DNA from: the human T2T-CHM13v2.0 reference genome, Homo sapiens
Reading direction: 5' to 3' (one strand)
Length of the DNA: 64,000 nt
NCBI RefSeq assembly: GCF_009914755.1
Contig: NC_060926.1
The notes beneath the pieces are model-generated. The model did not search any database, was not told the DNA's origin, and saw nothing but the letters and a program-made list of their open reading frames with translations. The stretch's first letter is position 1. Every line of letters begins with the position of its first letter. A program made the position numbers and the translations under genes. Of this stretch, positions 1-17,701 are shown piece after piece.

Positions 1-299
1 CAGCCTGGGCATGCACCTAAGCACCTGAGAGGATTCCCATGCTCAGGCAGACTGGGAAAACACAGCATGGGGAAGGGGCATGAGATGAGGAGACTAAGGA
101 TGGGCATCACAGTGCGGCCAAGAGCCTGAGGATGCTGGCAGGTTACCTTGTCTCTCCACCTAGGTTTCTCATCCACAAATGAGCTCCTTGGCCATGCTTT
201 CTGCCCAAAGGCTGAAACTCTAAGAAAGCAGGGACTGTGTCTGCCTTTTCACTGCATTATCGTCCTCTGCATTTGGCAAGTTTTCAGCAAGCACCTGTC

Positions 300-350
300 G
301 GATGGATGGATGGATGGATGGATGCAGGGATGGATGCAGGGATGCATGAT
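300..350. repeat. (GGAT)n-like microsatellite
   Basis: ggatggatggatggatggatggatgcagggatgg. Confidence 0.8.
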
Positions 351-1280
351 GAATTCATGGGAGAGTTAGTGAGACAGCACATCAGATGTCTGTATACATA
401 AGAATTGAGACATCTCATGGATGAGCATAATCTGGTCACTGTGCCTCTGGCAGAGGAGCAGCAGAGCCATCCGTAGAAGGTGTGGTGTCTGACATTCAGA
501 AGTGTGTCCCACTAAACCCCAGCTTGACTCAACCAAGAGCCCTGTGGAAGCCCTGTGGAAGCCCCGCTCTCATCACGGGGTAGGTAGAAGCCAAAGCCAG
601 GAAAATGCAAGTCACTCAAGTAGTCCCATTAGAACACAGAAACAAGTGAGACTTGTCATCATTTAGACTGGTACACTTAGGACCTGGCTATATCTTGATT
701 CAAGAAAAAATCATGATGACATGAGAAGAAAGAACTATCATGAATAACACAAGATATGTTAGCAAATATTATTATCTTAGGATCTTTGCTTGAGTCAAAA
801 TATATAGGAACTCTTAGAATCAGCACAGTTTCTGGCACTTTCCACCCATGGTACACCCAGAAAGAGCCAGAGAAAACAACTCACCTTCTACTTCTCCTCA
901 GAGAGAAAGAGAGCAAAATCCAGGGCAAATAATTGTCCTGTTTTCCAGATAGGCTCAGCAGACAGTTCCACAGACAGGAATACAAAAGGACAAAAAGCCA
1001 GGGGGGTCTTGTGGGTCTGTGGCCGGGCTGAGGCTCTCAGAAGCAGCAGGGCATGGTGCTGAACCGGCCTTCCAGGCTCCAGGGCGGTTGTCTTTACCCA
1101 CTAGATGGCATCTTTGGCTAGATTATCCGCCTCGTAGTCCTTCTATATCATCTGGGAGAAGTAGGTTGGTGATTTACCTTATCACTGGGTTGTTGGAGGC
1201 ATTAAATAAGTTAATGTGTATAAAGTGCCTGGCACGTAATATGGGCTTAATTGGTATAGTTATTTAGGTATTGCCAGATT

Positions 1281-1857
<577 letters not shown>

Positions 1858-3627
1858 TGAGAGACATTCTCACATGCTGGAAACATTGTAGGTTTAAAGC
1901 TGACATTCCTTGGTTTGAAATAAAGCTGCCATTAAAAGGCTATTTTGTATTTGGAAAATTACTTAACCATTATTTTAAATAACACTGCTTAATACATAGG
2001 GTTTAAATTTGGAATAACGTAAAAGAAAATAACTCAGGCACCCATCACACATGACAGGAGATCCAGTATTCTCCTCAATGTATTGGGTTTGTCTGTAGTT
2101 AACAGAAAATCCAGTGGTTAAAACAAGATAAAACTTTGATAGAAGTTTATTAATCTCTAATATTAAATCCAGATTTAGCTGCCCAGGGTTGGCCTAAACA
2201 GCCCCCTATGAAGATGTTTCAAAACCAACAATTTACTCCTGTCTGCAACAATAAAATACCAAGGAAAAGAAAAGGAGGATGCTCAACAGGTAAATCTCTC
2301 TGAGACTTCCAAGGACTCCAGTGGAGGGAAGAAGAAGTGGAGATGGAGGGAGCTACTATTCTGCAGCCAATTCAATCCCCAATCCCCTTTGCCTGCCTGC
2401 CACTTGTCCTACATATTTTGGACCACGTGCTTGCCCCTCTTAAGCCAAATAGAGAACAACCTCCCCGCAATGCCAGAGAACCACAAATGCAAAACTATTA
2501 TAGCAGACCTTTGCTGAAGATCGGGACAAATCTAAGGTACTTGCATCAAATAAGAAGAAATAAAATATAACACAGACCTCATTATTCTTCAATTCATCAG
2601 TCAATAATTGCTGGAAAATTCCTTACCCAGTCCTCTTCCTCTTGGGTCCCTGGCTTGCTGCCATTTCTCTCGCTCTGCTAAGACCTTCTCTCCATTCTTT
2701 CTTTCCCAAGTTCAGGACCCCAATCTTCTCCCTTTCTTCTTAGACTACTTTGAGGTAAGGTAAAATGTCTATGGCTAATTATATACAACAGAAACAAGGC
2801 CAAAGGCTGGCAAATATAAAGGAGAGGATTCCAGAGAGGGTGGCTTTCACTCAGAGAAAATAAAGATTATTTAAAATATGGTCTCTTAAGATAAGCAGAC
2901 CCATGTGGGAACATCTTTCTGCAAAGAGAGAAGCCACAACAAATCTCAGGGGTTACACCCAGCTGCCCTGCTTAGACAGGATGCAAGCTACAGACTTTCT
3001 CAATTTATCCTGGCAAAAGAGGCACTCATGGGAGGAGACAGGACAAGGGCAGCTCAACTGGAAGTGGTAGCCTAGGCTGATGAAACTTTGTTTCTCTGTG
3101 GTCTGCCTGGCTCCCTTTCACTGCTGCTTCCAGCCAAGTAGGGACTCCATTTTCCTCTTGCTCCTTCCCAGCATTTCTTCTACTTTTTCCTATTTTCTGC
3201 CTCCTCGACACTTTCGTTAGATGGGCCATTTTCACTACAAATTGACAATCTCTTTCTGTATTTTTGTTCCAGTGTCCAAGAGGGAGAATCTGAGACCCAC
3301 TTTCCTGAGGTCATCCAATCCCCTCCCATCTTATCAGGGGTATGGTATGGCAGCTGTGGCAGAGGGATGGAGGAGAGGAGACACCAGAGGGAAAAAAAAA
3401 ACGCAAATCCTGTTCACCCAGGAGGTCAACAATGGAAGGAATACAGAGGAGAAAGCACCAGGAGGGTGTAGCAGGCATACCCCGAGATGAAGAGGGGTTT
3501 GGGCGAAGTTGGATGTGCAAACAACTCAACCCCACCATGACATGAAGGAGGCCACCGTGTGAGCACAGGGCCTGGAACAATGGGTGTAATGAGTTACTGC
3601 CACGTCAGAGAAATTGGTTGCTCCTGT

Positions 3628-3995
3628 TGATATGGTTTGACTGTGTCCCCACCCAAATCTCATCTTGAATTGTACTTCCCATAATCCCCACATGTTGTGG
3701 GACGCACCCGGTGGCAGGTAATGGAATCATGGGTGGTTACCTCCATGCTGTTCTCATCATAGTGAGTTCTCATGGGATCTGATGGTTTTCTAAGGGGCTT
3801 TTCCCCTTTTTCTCAGCACTTCCTTTTGCTGCCATCATGTGAAGAAGGATATGTTTGCTTCCCTTTCCACCATGATTGTAAATTTGCTGAGGCCTCCCCA
3901 GCCATGCGGAACTGTGAGTCAGTTAAACCTCTTTTCTTTATAAATCACCCAGTCTCAGGTATGTCCTTATAGGAGCCTGAGAACAGACTAATACA
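3628..3995 (+). mobile_element. THE1 (MaLR) solo LTR
   Basis: TGATATGGTTTG...GACTAATACA termini; 5-bp TSD CCTGT. Confidence 0.92.
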
Positions 3996-5631
3996 CCTGT
4001 CAATGCCAAAATGATATATTTTGGTGGATTTAAAATTAGCAAAGCCAGCCTGCCCAACCACAAACACCTCCATCTCAGGCACATGGTACTGCTTTAAATA
4101 AATATCAGTAGGACATGAAAGGTTGGGTCTGAAAAGTCATCACCTACCTAACTTCCTCAGATTCCTACCTTTTTTTATATTAATCTTGAAGCTTGCTCTC
4201 CCTATCTAATTTTGTATAGATTTAGGAATGTTAAAGTGTGTGGATAGGCTGATGCTATAGGTTGCTTCTAGGGGAGGAATCTGCCAAGAGATACTGACCC
4301 CTGACCCTAGTCATAGACTGTTCTCACTTCACGGTAAGTCAATAAAATGATAGCTTTCCTGTTTGAGGGATGCCCAAATTCTTTGCAAAATCTAATTACA
4401 AGTCTGAATAGGCAGTAAAATTTGTTCTTGCTATTTATATAATTGTAAACTTTAACTCAGAAATGGACATTATAAGCTGTTCTCAGAGTATCCAAAGATC
4501 AGGTTGGCACCAACAGGTCCCGAGTAAGTCAGGTTTTCTTCACCCCTCCCTGTGTCCCTCTGGGGACCGAGCACGTCCAGGGAGCAAGGAGCAGACCAGT
4601 CAGCAAAATGTAAAACCTGTCTTAACCTGGAAGGTGGGGCTGTCTTATCCACATTTGGCTCCACCTCTGAGCTAACTTCTGATTAAAGCTGATCTAAGGA
4701 AAGGACTGTGGTCTTCTGTGTGTTGGGAGTCCCCTGGTCATGGCAGCCTACCCACACTGTGGCATCTTTAGATCTATACAAAGTCAGATGGGGGGACTTT
4801 GAAGATCTATACAAAGTCAGATGGGGGGGCTTTGAGATCAATCGGAGGCTTCTATGGCCATGGATGCTGTGAGGCAGGTGAAAAAGAGATTAAGGACACT
4901 AGCCTAAGATAATACTTCTAATAACGAGAACTAAAAATATTAATAGTATTAATAATGAGTATTAAAAGTATTAATACTTTTAATAATGAGTATTACAGGT
5001 TCACAGCTGACTCTGTAGACCTAGTGCCAGATACTGGAGAGGAAAGGAGGAATCAGACACAGCCCCTACCCTCGAGGTGCTTCTGTGGGGAGACACAGAA
5101 TGAACTATAAGTCTCGTTCTTGCTTTTATTTTCTCTCTGATCACTGGGCATTGAAATGGTTAGGCAACATGCAGAATTCTAATTTTACGTAACCCAATGT
5201 GAGTACTAAAATCTTTTGACACCAAGTCCTGTGTTACTAAGGATTGTCTTAAAACAGAACTTTGGAATTGCAACACACATTCTCACATATAACTGTTTTG
5301 TTTTGAAAACATCAGGAAGGGGGAGCATGTGGCAATTTGCTGGTCTCTCCTTACAGAGAAATGAATATGAGTCTTCTCACCACGTTTTGGGTCTGTTTCT
5401 TAATGCACAATTTCATGATTTCGATAAATAAGCATATGCCTTAGGAGCTGAGGAGAGTATAAAGGTGAGAAGCTTCTAGATTCTGCCCTTAAGGAGCTCA
5501 AACTCTGGACCCAGAAATAGCAAACTAATACTGCTTGGAGTAACATCATGGCTGTGGGAGCCAGGCTAAACTCCACCTAGGGAAAATGCCTTGGTCTCAA
5601 AGACAAAATTCCACCTAGCTCTCCACTTAGA

Positions 5632-5880
5632 GCAGAGGTTTCCAACTAGTGGCTTTTAGGTTGAATATGGCTTGCAGATGTGCTGTTTTTAAAAAATTTT
5701 GAATTAGTTGTCAACATGTAAAAGTCAGGAGATGTTCCATAAACTCCCAATTTCTGGCACCAATGGCACCCAGAGCTCCATGGCCTCCTGCTATAAATGG
5801 GGCTGGCACTCACCAGATGCCAACAAGTTCACTCCACCTGCTTACTGCCCTGCCCCTGCAGGCATTGGGGTTGCGACTCT
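5632..5880. mobile_element. hAT-Charlie MITE (MER102-like)
   Basis: ttttgaattagttgtcaacatgtaaaagtcaggagat core resembles MER102. Confidence 0.55.
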
Positions 5881-6170
5881 AACAAACTATGTGGCTCAGA
5901 GTTCGTGATTGAAATGCATAAATCCTATCTAGAAGGACACAGACTTTAACAGGACCCATGCAGGAAAGGGGATCCAAAGCCTTGGAGCCAGGGAATTGTG
6001 CCAGCCAGTGGAGGCACACTACTGAATAATAATCTTCAGATTAATAAAATCACCCGTTTCCATGTACTTTATTTTATTTTATTTCAGATTTTTGTTTCCC
6101 TTTAATAAAGTTAGTTTTGAAAAACTTTCTCAACTTAAGTTAGAGAAAGGCAAATTTGGTATGATGATAG

Positions 6171-6588
<418 letters not shown>

Positions 6589-6795
6589 AACAATGTTTTA
6601 TGGTTTCATTTCTTAATATTTATTCTTTTCAATGCTATAATAAATGGAATTATTTTCTCAATTGAATTTTTGGATTGTTCATTATTAGTGTAAAGAAATA
6701 TGAATTTTTGTATATTGATCATGTAATCTGCAACTTTGCTAAATTTATTTATTAGCTCTAATAGTTCTGAAGGGATTCATTAGGGTTTTCTGTAT

Positions 6796-7000
6796 ACAGT
6801 CGTGCCTTGCATAATGATGGGGAAATGTCTGAGAAATGTGTCATTAGACAATTTTGTCACTGAGTGAACATCATAGAGTGTACTTACATAAACCTGGATG
6901 GTATATCCTTCTCCATTACATAGCTCCATTATAATCTTATGGAACCACTCTCATATATGCAGTCCATTGTTGACCAAAATGTCATATGGCTCATGACGAT
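6796..7000. mobile_element. Tigger3/MER7-type DNA transposon fragment
   Basis: cagtcgtgc...gaacatcatagagtgtacttac...ccattataatcttatgg. Confidence 0.7.
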
Positions 7001-7308
7001 ATAAGATCATGTCATATGCAAATAGAGATAGTTATACTTCCTCCCTTCCAATCTGGATATCTTTTTCTTATGCAAGTTTTGTGACTAGGGCCTCAAGTGC
7101 AATGTTGATTAGAAATAGTGAGAGCAGACATCCTTGCCTCATTCCAGATTTTAAAAGCAAATATCTCTCTTTCACCATAAGTATAATGTTACCTGTGGGA
7201 CTTTCATAAGTGCCCTTTATAAGAATCAACAAGTTCCCTTCTATTCCTACATGGGTGAGTGTTTTTATCATGGAAATATGTTGGATTTTGTAATGTGACT
7301 AACAGATC

Positions 7309-7780
7309 TGCATTCATTTCCTATGGCTGCAAAACCCTCAACAAATTAACACAAACTTGGTGGCTGAAAACAATACATATTTACTCTTTTACAGAGGCCA
7401 GACATGTAAAATCAGTTTCACTGGGCCGAGATCAAGGTTGCAACAGGGCTGGGCTCCCTCCAGAGGCCCTAGGAGACAATTTGTACCTTGCCTCTTCTAG
7501 CTTGTGGTAGCTACTGGCATACCTTGTCTTGTAGCCACATCACTCTAATCTGCCTCCATGGTCACACTGCCTTCTTATTTTCTGTGGACAAATCTCTGTC
7601 TCCCTCTTATAAGGATACATGTGATTGCACTTAGTGACCACCCAGAATCCAGGAAAATCTTCTCAAGATCCTTAATTTAATCACATCTTCAAACTCCTTT
7701 TTGGCACACAAGGTAGTATTTTCAGGTTCCAGAGATTAGAACATGGAAATCTTTAAGAAGACCATTATTCAGTCTAGAAC
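7309..7780 (-). mobile_element. MLT1 (MLT1C-like) MaLR LTR
   Basis: cttgcctcttctagctt, cttataaggatac, ttaatcacatct motifs. Confidence 0.75.
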
Positions 7781-9080
7781 ATCTTCTATTACTAATTTGT
7801 TTTATTTTGTTCATGAAAAGATGTTGGATTTTGTCAATTGCTTTTTCTACATTGATTAAGAAAATTACGTGTTTTCAAATTATTAATAATTCTGTTAATA
7901 TTGTACATTACATTGATTTTGATATGTTGAATCAATCCTGCATTCCTGGAATAAATCCCACTTCATCATGGTGTATAATCATTTCTCTGTGCTGCTGGAT
8001 TCAGTTTATTTTTTTTTTTTTTGAGGATTTTGCATTTATATTAATAAGGAATATTGGTCTATAGTTTTCTTTGCACGTTATGTATTTCTCTGGCTTTGGT
8101 ATTAGGGTAATGTTGGCCTTATAGAATGAAGTAGAAAGTGTTCTCTCTCTTTCTAATTTTTGGAAGAGTTTGAGAAGAATTGGTGTTTATTCTGTGAATA
8201 TTTGGTAGAATTCTCTATTGAAGCCATCTGAACATGAGTTTTTTTCTTTGTTGGAAGTTGTGTCATGACTGACTTCTTTGCTTATTATAGATTTATTTAG
8301 ATTTTCTATTTCTTCATTAGTCAGTTTCAGGAGGATGTGTGTTTCTAGCAATTTGACCATTTAATCTAGGTTATTTAACTTGGCACAAAATTTTTCATAG
8401 TTTTGGTTATTTGAGTCTTCCCTCTTTCTTTCTTGGTCAGTCTCACTAAAGACCTGTCAATTTTGTTGATATTTTCAAATAACCAAATTTTGGGGTCATT
8501 GATTCTATTGTTTTTCTATGTTCTATTTCATTTATCTCCACACTAATCTTTAATATTTTCTCCCTTCTTCTTGCTTTAGGTTTAGTGTGCTCTTGTTTTT
8601 CTAATTTCCTATGGTAGAAAGTTAGGTAATTCGATTTGAGATCTCCCTTTTTAATGTAGGAATTTATAGCTATAAATTTCCCTCTGATCACTACTTTTCC
8701 TGCTTCTCATAAGTTTGAGTATGTTGTGTTTTCAGTTTCTTTTATAGTACAGTATTTTCTAATTTCCCTTGTGAATTTCTCAGTGACCCATTGGTTATTC
8801 AAGAGTGTGTTGTTTAATTCGCACATACTTGTAAATTTTCCAAATTTCCTTCTGTTATTGATTTCTAATTTCATTTTATTGTGGTTGGAGAATATATTTA
8901 CCTGGTGTCAATCCTTTTAAATTTACTGAGGCTTTTTTTGTGATCTATCATACAGTCTATCTTGGAGAATGTTCCATGTGCACTTGAGAAGAATGTGCAT
9001 CATGTTGTTGGCTAGAGTGTTCTATAGATATGTTAGGCCTAATTGGTTTACAGTGTTTTTCAAGTCTAATTTTTTTTTAA

Positions 9081-9534
<454 letters not shown>

Positions 9535-9608
9535 TCTATTTTTCCTTTTCTACACCTGCGCTCCACACACTTCTGTGACCAGGGATTGAAGGGATGTCAG
9601 GGAATACT

Positions 9609-11915
<2,307 letters not shown>

Positions 11916-11919
11916 TTGG

Positions 11920-12365
11920 TACTTCAGAATATGTTAGATCTTGACCTGCCAGGGTGTGTCCAGAGGAAGGTAACTGAAGTGACAGGGATCTTAAAATTAT
12001 GTAGCATAAGAAACATTTAAAGAATCTTGGAAAAAAGTAGACTTGGGGAAGATATAATTCTTCAACTGTTTAAAAAGTTGTCATGAAAAGCAGAATGAGC
12101 TTATTCTATATGGCTCCAATGAACAAGAGGTGGACAATGGATGGATGCTGCAGTGAGGAGTTTAGCTCAGGATAAGAAAAAAGTTCTAAAAATAGAGCTG
12201 ATAAAAATGGAATAGACAACCTGTTAGGTGGTGATAACTAGGCTGAAAAAGTATAACAGCAACTATAGAGATGTGGTAGAGGAGATTCTTACACCATCTG
12301 GGAAGTAGGACTAGGATTAGAACACTTGCAAATGTCCTTTCCAACTCTAAGGTTTAAGATTCTGG
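11920..12365 (+). mobile_element. L3/CR1 LINE 3' fragment
   Basis: gtcctttccaactctaaggtttaagattct resembles a CR1 tail. Confidence 0.5.
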
Positions 12366-12620
12366 ACTCTGGCTCCCATCTTCCCCCACTCCAACTTTTT
12401 TTTGTTTTTTTTTGGCTTTTTTTTTTTCACTATAGTTAGAATGATTTGTCTAAATCAGAACTCTGATTTTCTCACTTTTCCACTTAAATCCCTTCAGTAG
12501 CTTGCCATTTTCCTTAGGATGAAGTTAAAATGCTTCAGCATGACCCTACTCCTTCAGTCTATTCCTCTTGCTTCCCACCTACCACCACCACTGGTGGATC
12601 ACCTCTGCATCATTACATAC

Positions 12621-13155
12621 CTTTCTCCTACCTCAAGAAAATAGAAAAATAAGAGTACACCAAACCTAAAGCAAGAAGAAGGGAGAAAATAGTAAAGATT
12701 AATGTGGAGATAAAAGAAATAGAACATAGAAAAACAATTGAATCAGTGACCCCAAAAGTTGGTTCTTTGAAAGTATCAACAAAATTAACAAACCTTTAGA
12801 GAGACTGACCAAGAAAAGTAGAGAAGATTCAAATTACTAACACCAGAGATAAAAGAGATACCACATCTTTCATACTACTGAATTCACAGAAATAAAAGGA
12901 TTAGAAGAGAAAACTATGAACAAATTTATACCAAGCTAGATAACCCAGAAGAAATGGCCAAATTGCTAGACATACACATGCTACTGAAACTGACTCACGA
13001 AAAAATAAAAAACCTAAATAAATCTATCATAAGCAAAGAAAAAGTCAGTAATGACACAACTTCCAACAAACTCATGTTCAGAGGGCTTCACTAGTGAATT
13101 CTAACGAATAATCACAGAATTAGCAACAATTATTCTCAAACTCTTTCAAAATTAG
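12621..13155 (+). repeat. L1 segment that is an inverted copy of 8153-8620
   Basis: Shares the strings GACACAACTTCCAACAAA and CTCATGTTCAGA with the reverse complement. Confidence 0.75.
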
Positions 13156-13454
<299 letters not shown>

Positions 13455-13459
13455 TTAGA

Positions 13460-14650
13460 ACAGGACCCATCCCTGGATGAGTCAGCTGGTAATGACTCAG
13501 GGAAGGCAGAGCTTACTTTCAGCTTCTCTAGATGGCTGGACTCCTGTTTTTGCTCTGAATTTAAATGGGACAGGTGGCTAGGCTCTGCTATCTGGCAAAA
13601 CTACTGGCTGAGCTCTGCCATCAAGCCGAGCCAGTCAATTGGCACTACAATGGCTTCTAATCAAGCAGGGCCACAGGGTGTATTCCCTGGTCAGATGGTA
13701 CTGATATTTGAGTTCAGCAGCTAAATAGTGTTGCAGGAGGGACCCTGAGGTTAGGTGGAGTCACTGATTGGGATGGATGGAACCAGCTGCTATGCTTAAT
13801 AGCAATGGATGGTTGAGGTTTGCTGCCCTGCCTAAATGAGTCCTTGGGGTGGGCTTTGAGGTTGGGCTGAGAACTGTTTAAACTCCTGTGTGTGGCAGAT
13901 CTAGCCTTGGCTCTTTGCCAAAGTTTGCTGCATCAGTTGTCCCCCTCTGTGGGTGGGGTTTGGGGATGGGCTTTGAGGATGCTTCAAATGCTGTTTGAAC
14001 TTCTGGGTGTGGCAGAACTAGTCCCTACCCTTTACTGAAATTTGCTGCAGTGATCATCTTCCTCCTTAAGTGGAATCCCTGGGTAGGGTCTAAGGCGAGT
14101 CATGGAGGCTGACCATCTAGGGACTCAAGCTAGGTAGAGCATTACATCACATCTGTTAGCTGGTACCTCTGATTGGGCGCCACCACTGACAGGTACACAG
14201 AGTTACCACCAATACTGCTTTGTTACCACCTCCTTGCTTTGTTTCTACCTCACCCCAAGTGTTCTAGCCACGCTGTTTCCCACTGTATTTCCCATGAAGT
14301 AAAACTGGAATGGGCTTTCTGGGAAGCATCTCAGAAGACTAGGGAAGTTGGATGTCCTCCTCTGGCTCTACTTCTCACTGTAGAAATCATGGGTCCTGGG
14401 GAATCCCCTCTGTGTGGCACTGTGCCAATTTGGGGGAGTGGAAAGGGTGACATGGTTAATGTGAGACTATTTCTATTATCTCTTTAATGTCGTTTTTATT
14501 CAGTTCTGTGGACAATGCAGGAAACTCCAGCTTATACCCAAAGTTTGGGATTTTTACCAAGGTGTTCTTTGTTGTCAGTTGAACTTTCTGTTGGCAGTAG
14601 TGAAGCCTGGGACCTCCTATTCTGCCATTTTGCTGATATCATCTACCTGC
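13460..14650 (-). mobile_element. Probable old L1 5' UTR region
   Basis: GC-richer tract ending tattctgccattttgctgat, typical of an antisense L1M 5' end. Confidence 0.45.
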
Positions 14651-15510
14651 AGCTTTTAAAGTGTTTCACTACAGTTTCCTGAAAACCACTTCTGCTTTGG
14701 TCTTCATGATATTTTCACTGCCTTGGCTTTCAAAGCTTCGTGCTAGCTTCTCCTTTTCTCCTTTTTCCATGAAGCTGGCTTCTAAACCGGCTCTGTTAGC
14801 AACATCTACTTTTCTTTCCACAGTCAGTCAGTCATAAAATCCTGTCTGTTTTTCTTGTGTCCTGTCTTTTGAATCTCTCTTTCCTTTCAATTCCACTGTC
14901 AAAAGTCAAATCCAGGCCCTCACTGACTCGTGCCTTAACAATTGTCTTTTCATTGGCTCTCCTTCCTCCAAGGTTTTTCTCCAATTCTTTGAAAAGCTTA
15001 TTGTCTTAAGCACTGCCTTGTTGCCTTTTTCCTGCCCAAAAACTTTAATGTTCAGGCACCCAAGAGTGTCTGATTACTGCTATGTCCCCAAAATATATAT
15101 AACTACCACTTATCAATTTAAAATATAAATAAATAAGCTTCAGGAAGACTTAGTTGAATAGGAAACATTCTTGGATTTTTTTCTCATATTCATAGTTCTT
15201 TAGTGATTCTGATAAAAGAACCTATAGAGAGAAAAAGTAAGCACCCGAAAACAACCAAAAGTTGTTCTCACTTAGAGGATACCTCAGAATCCTAATCCTG
15301 TTATCCTTCATTATCTAATTCTCTTAAGTCTGCTTTTAATAAGAAAGATTTGCAAATTCTCATCCCCTAAAATGTTATTTTCCAATATATGCAATTTTTC
15401 TAACATGAATCACTTCTTTTCCCTTCATTTGACCATGGCAGTAATCTAAAGGAGAGGACAGAGGAAGAAAAGCAAGGGGAATCTCAGATCTGTTTTACTA
15501 TTTGCTAATA

Positions 15511-16065
15511 TGTAGAAAATGAAATAAGTAGAGGTTCCTCTTCAAAGGTACTTTCCTCCAAGTCTAATTGAGAATGGATAGTAACCTCTCTTAGAAGCAA
15601 AATTTAGTCAAAGTCCTGTGCTAATATTCTTAAACATCTGCTAGCCATAATAAAGAAATCAATATACTCTGTGTTCTCAGCTCCCACATTCTAGCCTAGA
15701 TATTTGCCCTGGCATGCCTGAACCGGTCCAAGCAAGCATTAGGTCATAACCAATTTCTCTTCCTTATTTGGAAGTGTTTTTGCCTCTCTCAGCATTCCGC
15801 AATTTGCCTGTTTTGGGAAGTTCTAAGTTGCTAGCCAATCAAGTGGAGTACAGAATGTGAGGTCCTGTTCCAGCCAAAGGAAACCAGACACAGCAGTAGG
15901 GTGGACACGTCAGGTTATAAATGACCCCGTCTCCTTTGTTCATGTGTGCTCTCATGGCAAGACTGCCAGAGAACAGCACCCTTTCTGCAGAAAGTAAACT
16001 AGCCTTGCTGAGAGATCCTTTGTCTCAATGTTGATTTTTGCGACACCGAGCACCCATTCCCAACA
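15511..16065 (+). mobile_element. LTR10-family (HERV-I) solo LTR
   Basis: TGTAGAAAAT...GAGGTTCCTCTTCAAAG...CCCAACA; 5-bp TSD TAATA; TATA-like TTATAAA and AGTAAA. Confidence 0.85.
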
Positions 16066-16281
16066 TAATACAATCATTAAAATTAGACTTACAGATTTTC
16101 TGCAAATTTCTAGTTATCTTTGCTAGCCTTGCTCCTTATTCCCACTTATAATCTAGTTTTTCTGTTCATCTTTTGCTAAAATTGCCATTATAGATTTCAC
16201 TTTTTACTACAGAAAGTTTCTCTAACTAATATTTTATAGATAATTAACGTACCTTGATTTTTTTTTCTTATATCCCATCAG

Positions 16282-16399
16282 GAATCACTTGGACATGAGA
16301 TTATAGATATGGCACAGAATAATGAAAATACTGGAAAAAGACAAGCTCCCATTCAATCTCAGCATTCAGTGCTTGAGTGGGTAAGACCAGTCCACTTCG
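16282..16399 (+). pseudogene. Degenerate SULT1C-like coding exon 2
   Basis: Acceptor CCATCAG|GA, then GITW/(frameshift)HEIIDMAQNNENTGKRQAPIQSQHSVLEWVRPVHF G|GT. Resembles [24 protein letters not shown], same splice phase. Confidence 0.75.
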
Positions 16400-16914
16400 G
16401 TATCTGATGCAAGCAGTTTCCCATACAAAATCATCTGATTTATAAGTAACTCAGCCACAGGAACCAGCAAGGAAATCTTTCACACCCTGAATCCACGCCC
16501 CAGTCAGAACACCTAGAAATGACCAGCATCCATTACTTTTTACCCTTCTTCAGCGAATGCAAAGGAGTAACTCATATATGGAAGTGTCTTATCAGCTGTA
16601 GATACTAACTTGAACAACCAAGGGACTGGTATTTGTTGTTTATTTAATAAATTTTCTGACCCATTCCTTCCACAAAGCAAAAGGAGATATTTATCTCCAG
16701 TGTTCGAAGTTGGGAGATAGAATGCATCTGCCACAGAAACAGTTCCGTGACTTGCAGCACTTGAAATGTTAGTATTTGTTAGTGTTTGGGAAGTAGGCAT
16801 GAGTTAAATGAACATTAAGATAGATGATCAGGATCTTAGCCCTACCACTCAAGCTATGTAACCTTGGACAAGTAACTTAATCTTAGCAATCCTCATTACT
16901 AAGAAATAAATACA

Positions 16915-17195
16915 ACCAGGAATCGTGGTGCATGCCTGTATTCCAGCTACTCAGGAGACTGAAGTGGGAGGACTGCTTGAGCCCAGGAGTTTCAGACCAG
17001 CCTAGGCAACACAGTAAAACCCCATCTCTACAAAGAAAATAAAATAAAATAGCCAGGCACGGTAGCTTGCACCTGTAGTCCCAGCTACTTGAGAGGTGAG
17101 GCAAGAGAATGGCTTGAGCCCAGGAGTTTGAGACAAGCCTGGGCAACATAGCGAGACCCTGTCTCAAAAAAAGAGAAGAAGAAAGAAAGAAAGAA
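16915..17195 (+). mobile_element. Old Alu (AluJ/FLAM-type arms)
   Basis: gcttgagcccaggagtt in both arms. Confidence 0.8.
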
Positions 17196-17701
17196 TGCTC
17201 CCCAAATGTCAGATTTCAAAATGTGTGATAAATGCAAGTGAGGTTGGGCAAGAGGCTTCTCCCACTCTAGTAGTGGAACTGGAGGCTGTGCTTGAGGAGG
17301 GGTTGGTGTAGGGTCAGAGGCTATGGAGTGGGCTCAAGGGGGCAGCTGGCATCCTGGAGTGCCATGGTACCAGCAACCCACAGACTCACTGAGCCCAAGC
17401 CACAAGAGCAGGCCATAGGCCAGGACACAGAGAAGGCCCCGTGGCAATGATGGCCTGGTAGCTGAAATCCCCTTCTCTAAGGAAGCTGGATGAGGGTACC
17501 AGAGACCATCCACCACAATATGTCTTTAAAGAAAACTGAATGGCTTAAGGTGGCATTTGGCTCTCTGAATCAAGATGATGTCTTAACAAAAGCCAGAGAA
17601 GTTACTGCTATTTGAGCAGCAGCTCATATGCTGGTAGCAGAATAGCTTAACTCAGCAATGTAGTAAGAAATGAAATATATGATTAAGAAGAAAACCATTG
17701 T

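Noticed and set aside
4440-4700. Possible terminal exon (ATTAAA at 4682) of the upstream SULT1C pseudogene transcript
   Set aside because: No SULT homology visible; rests only on a recalled map position
15041-15095. Faint resemblance to SULT exon 1 (QA..LI...PK)
   Set aside because: Needs several frameshifts and has no donor; indistinguishable from chance
16461-16570. Alternative exon-3 fossil (..PR..HL..ECK)
   Set aside because: Too few matching residues
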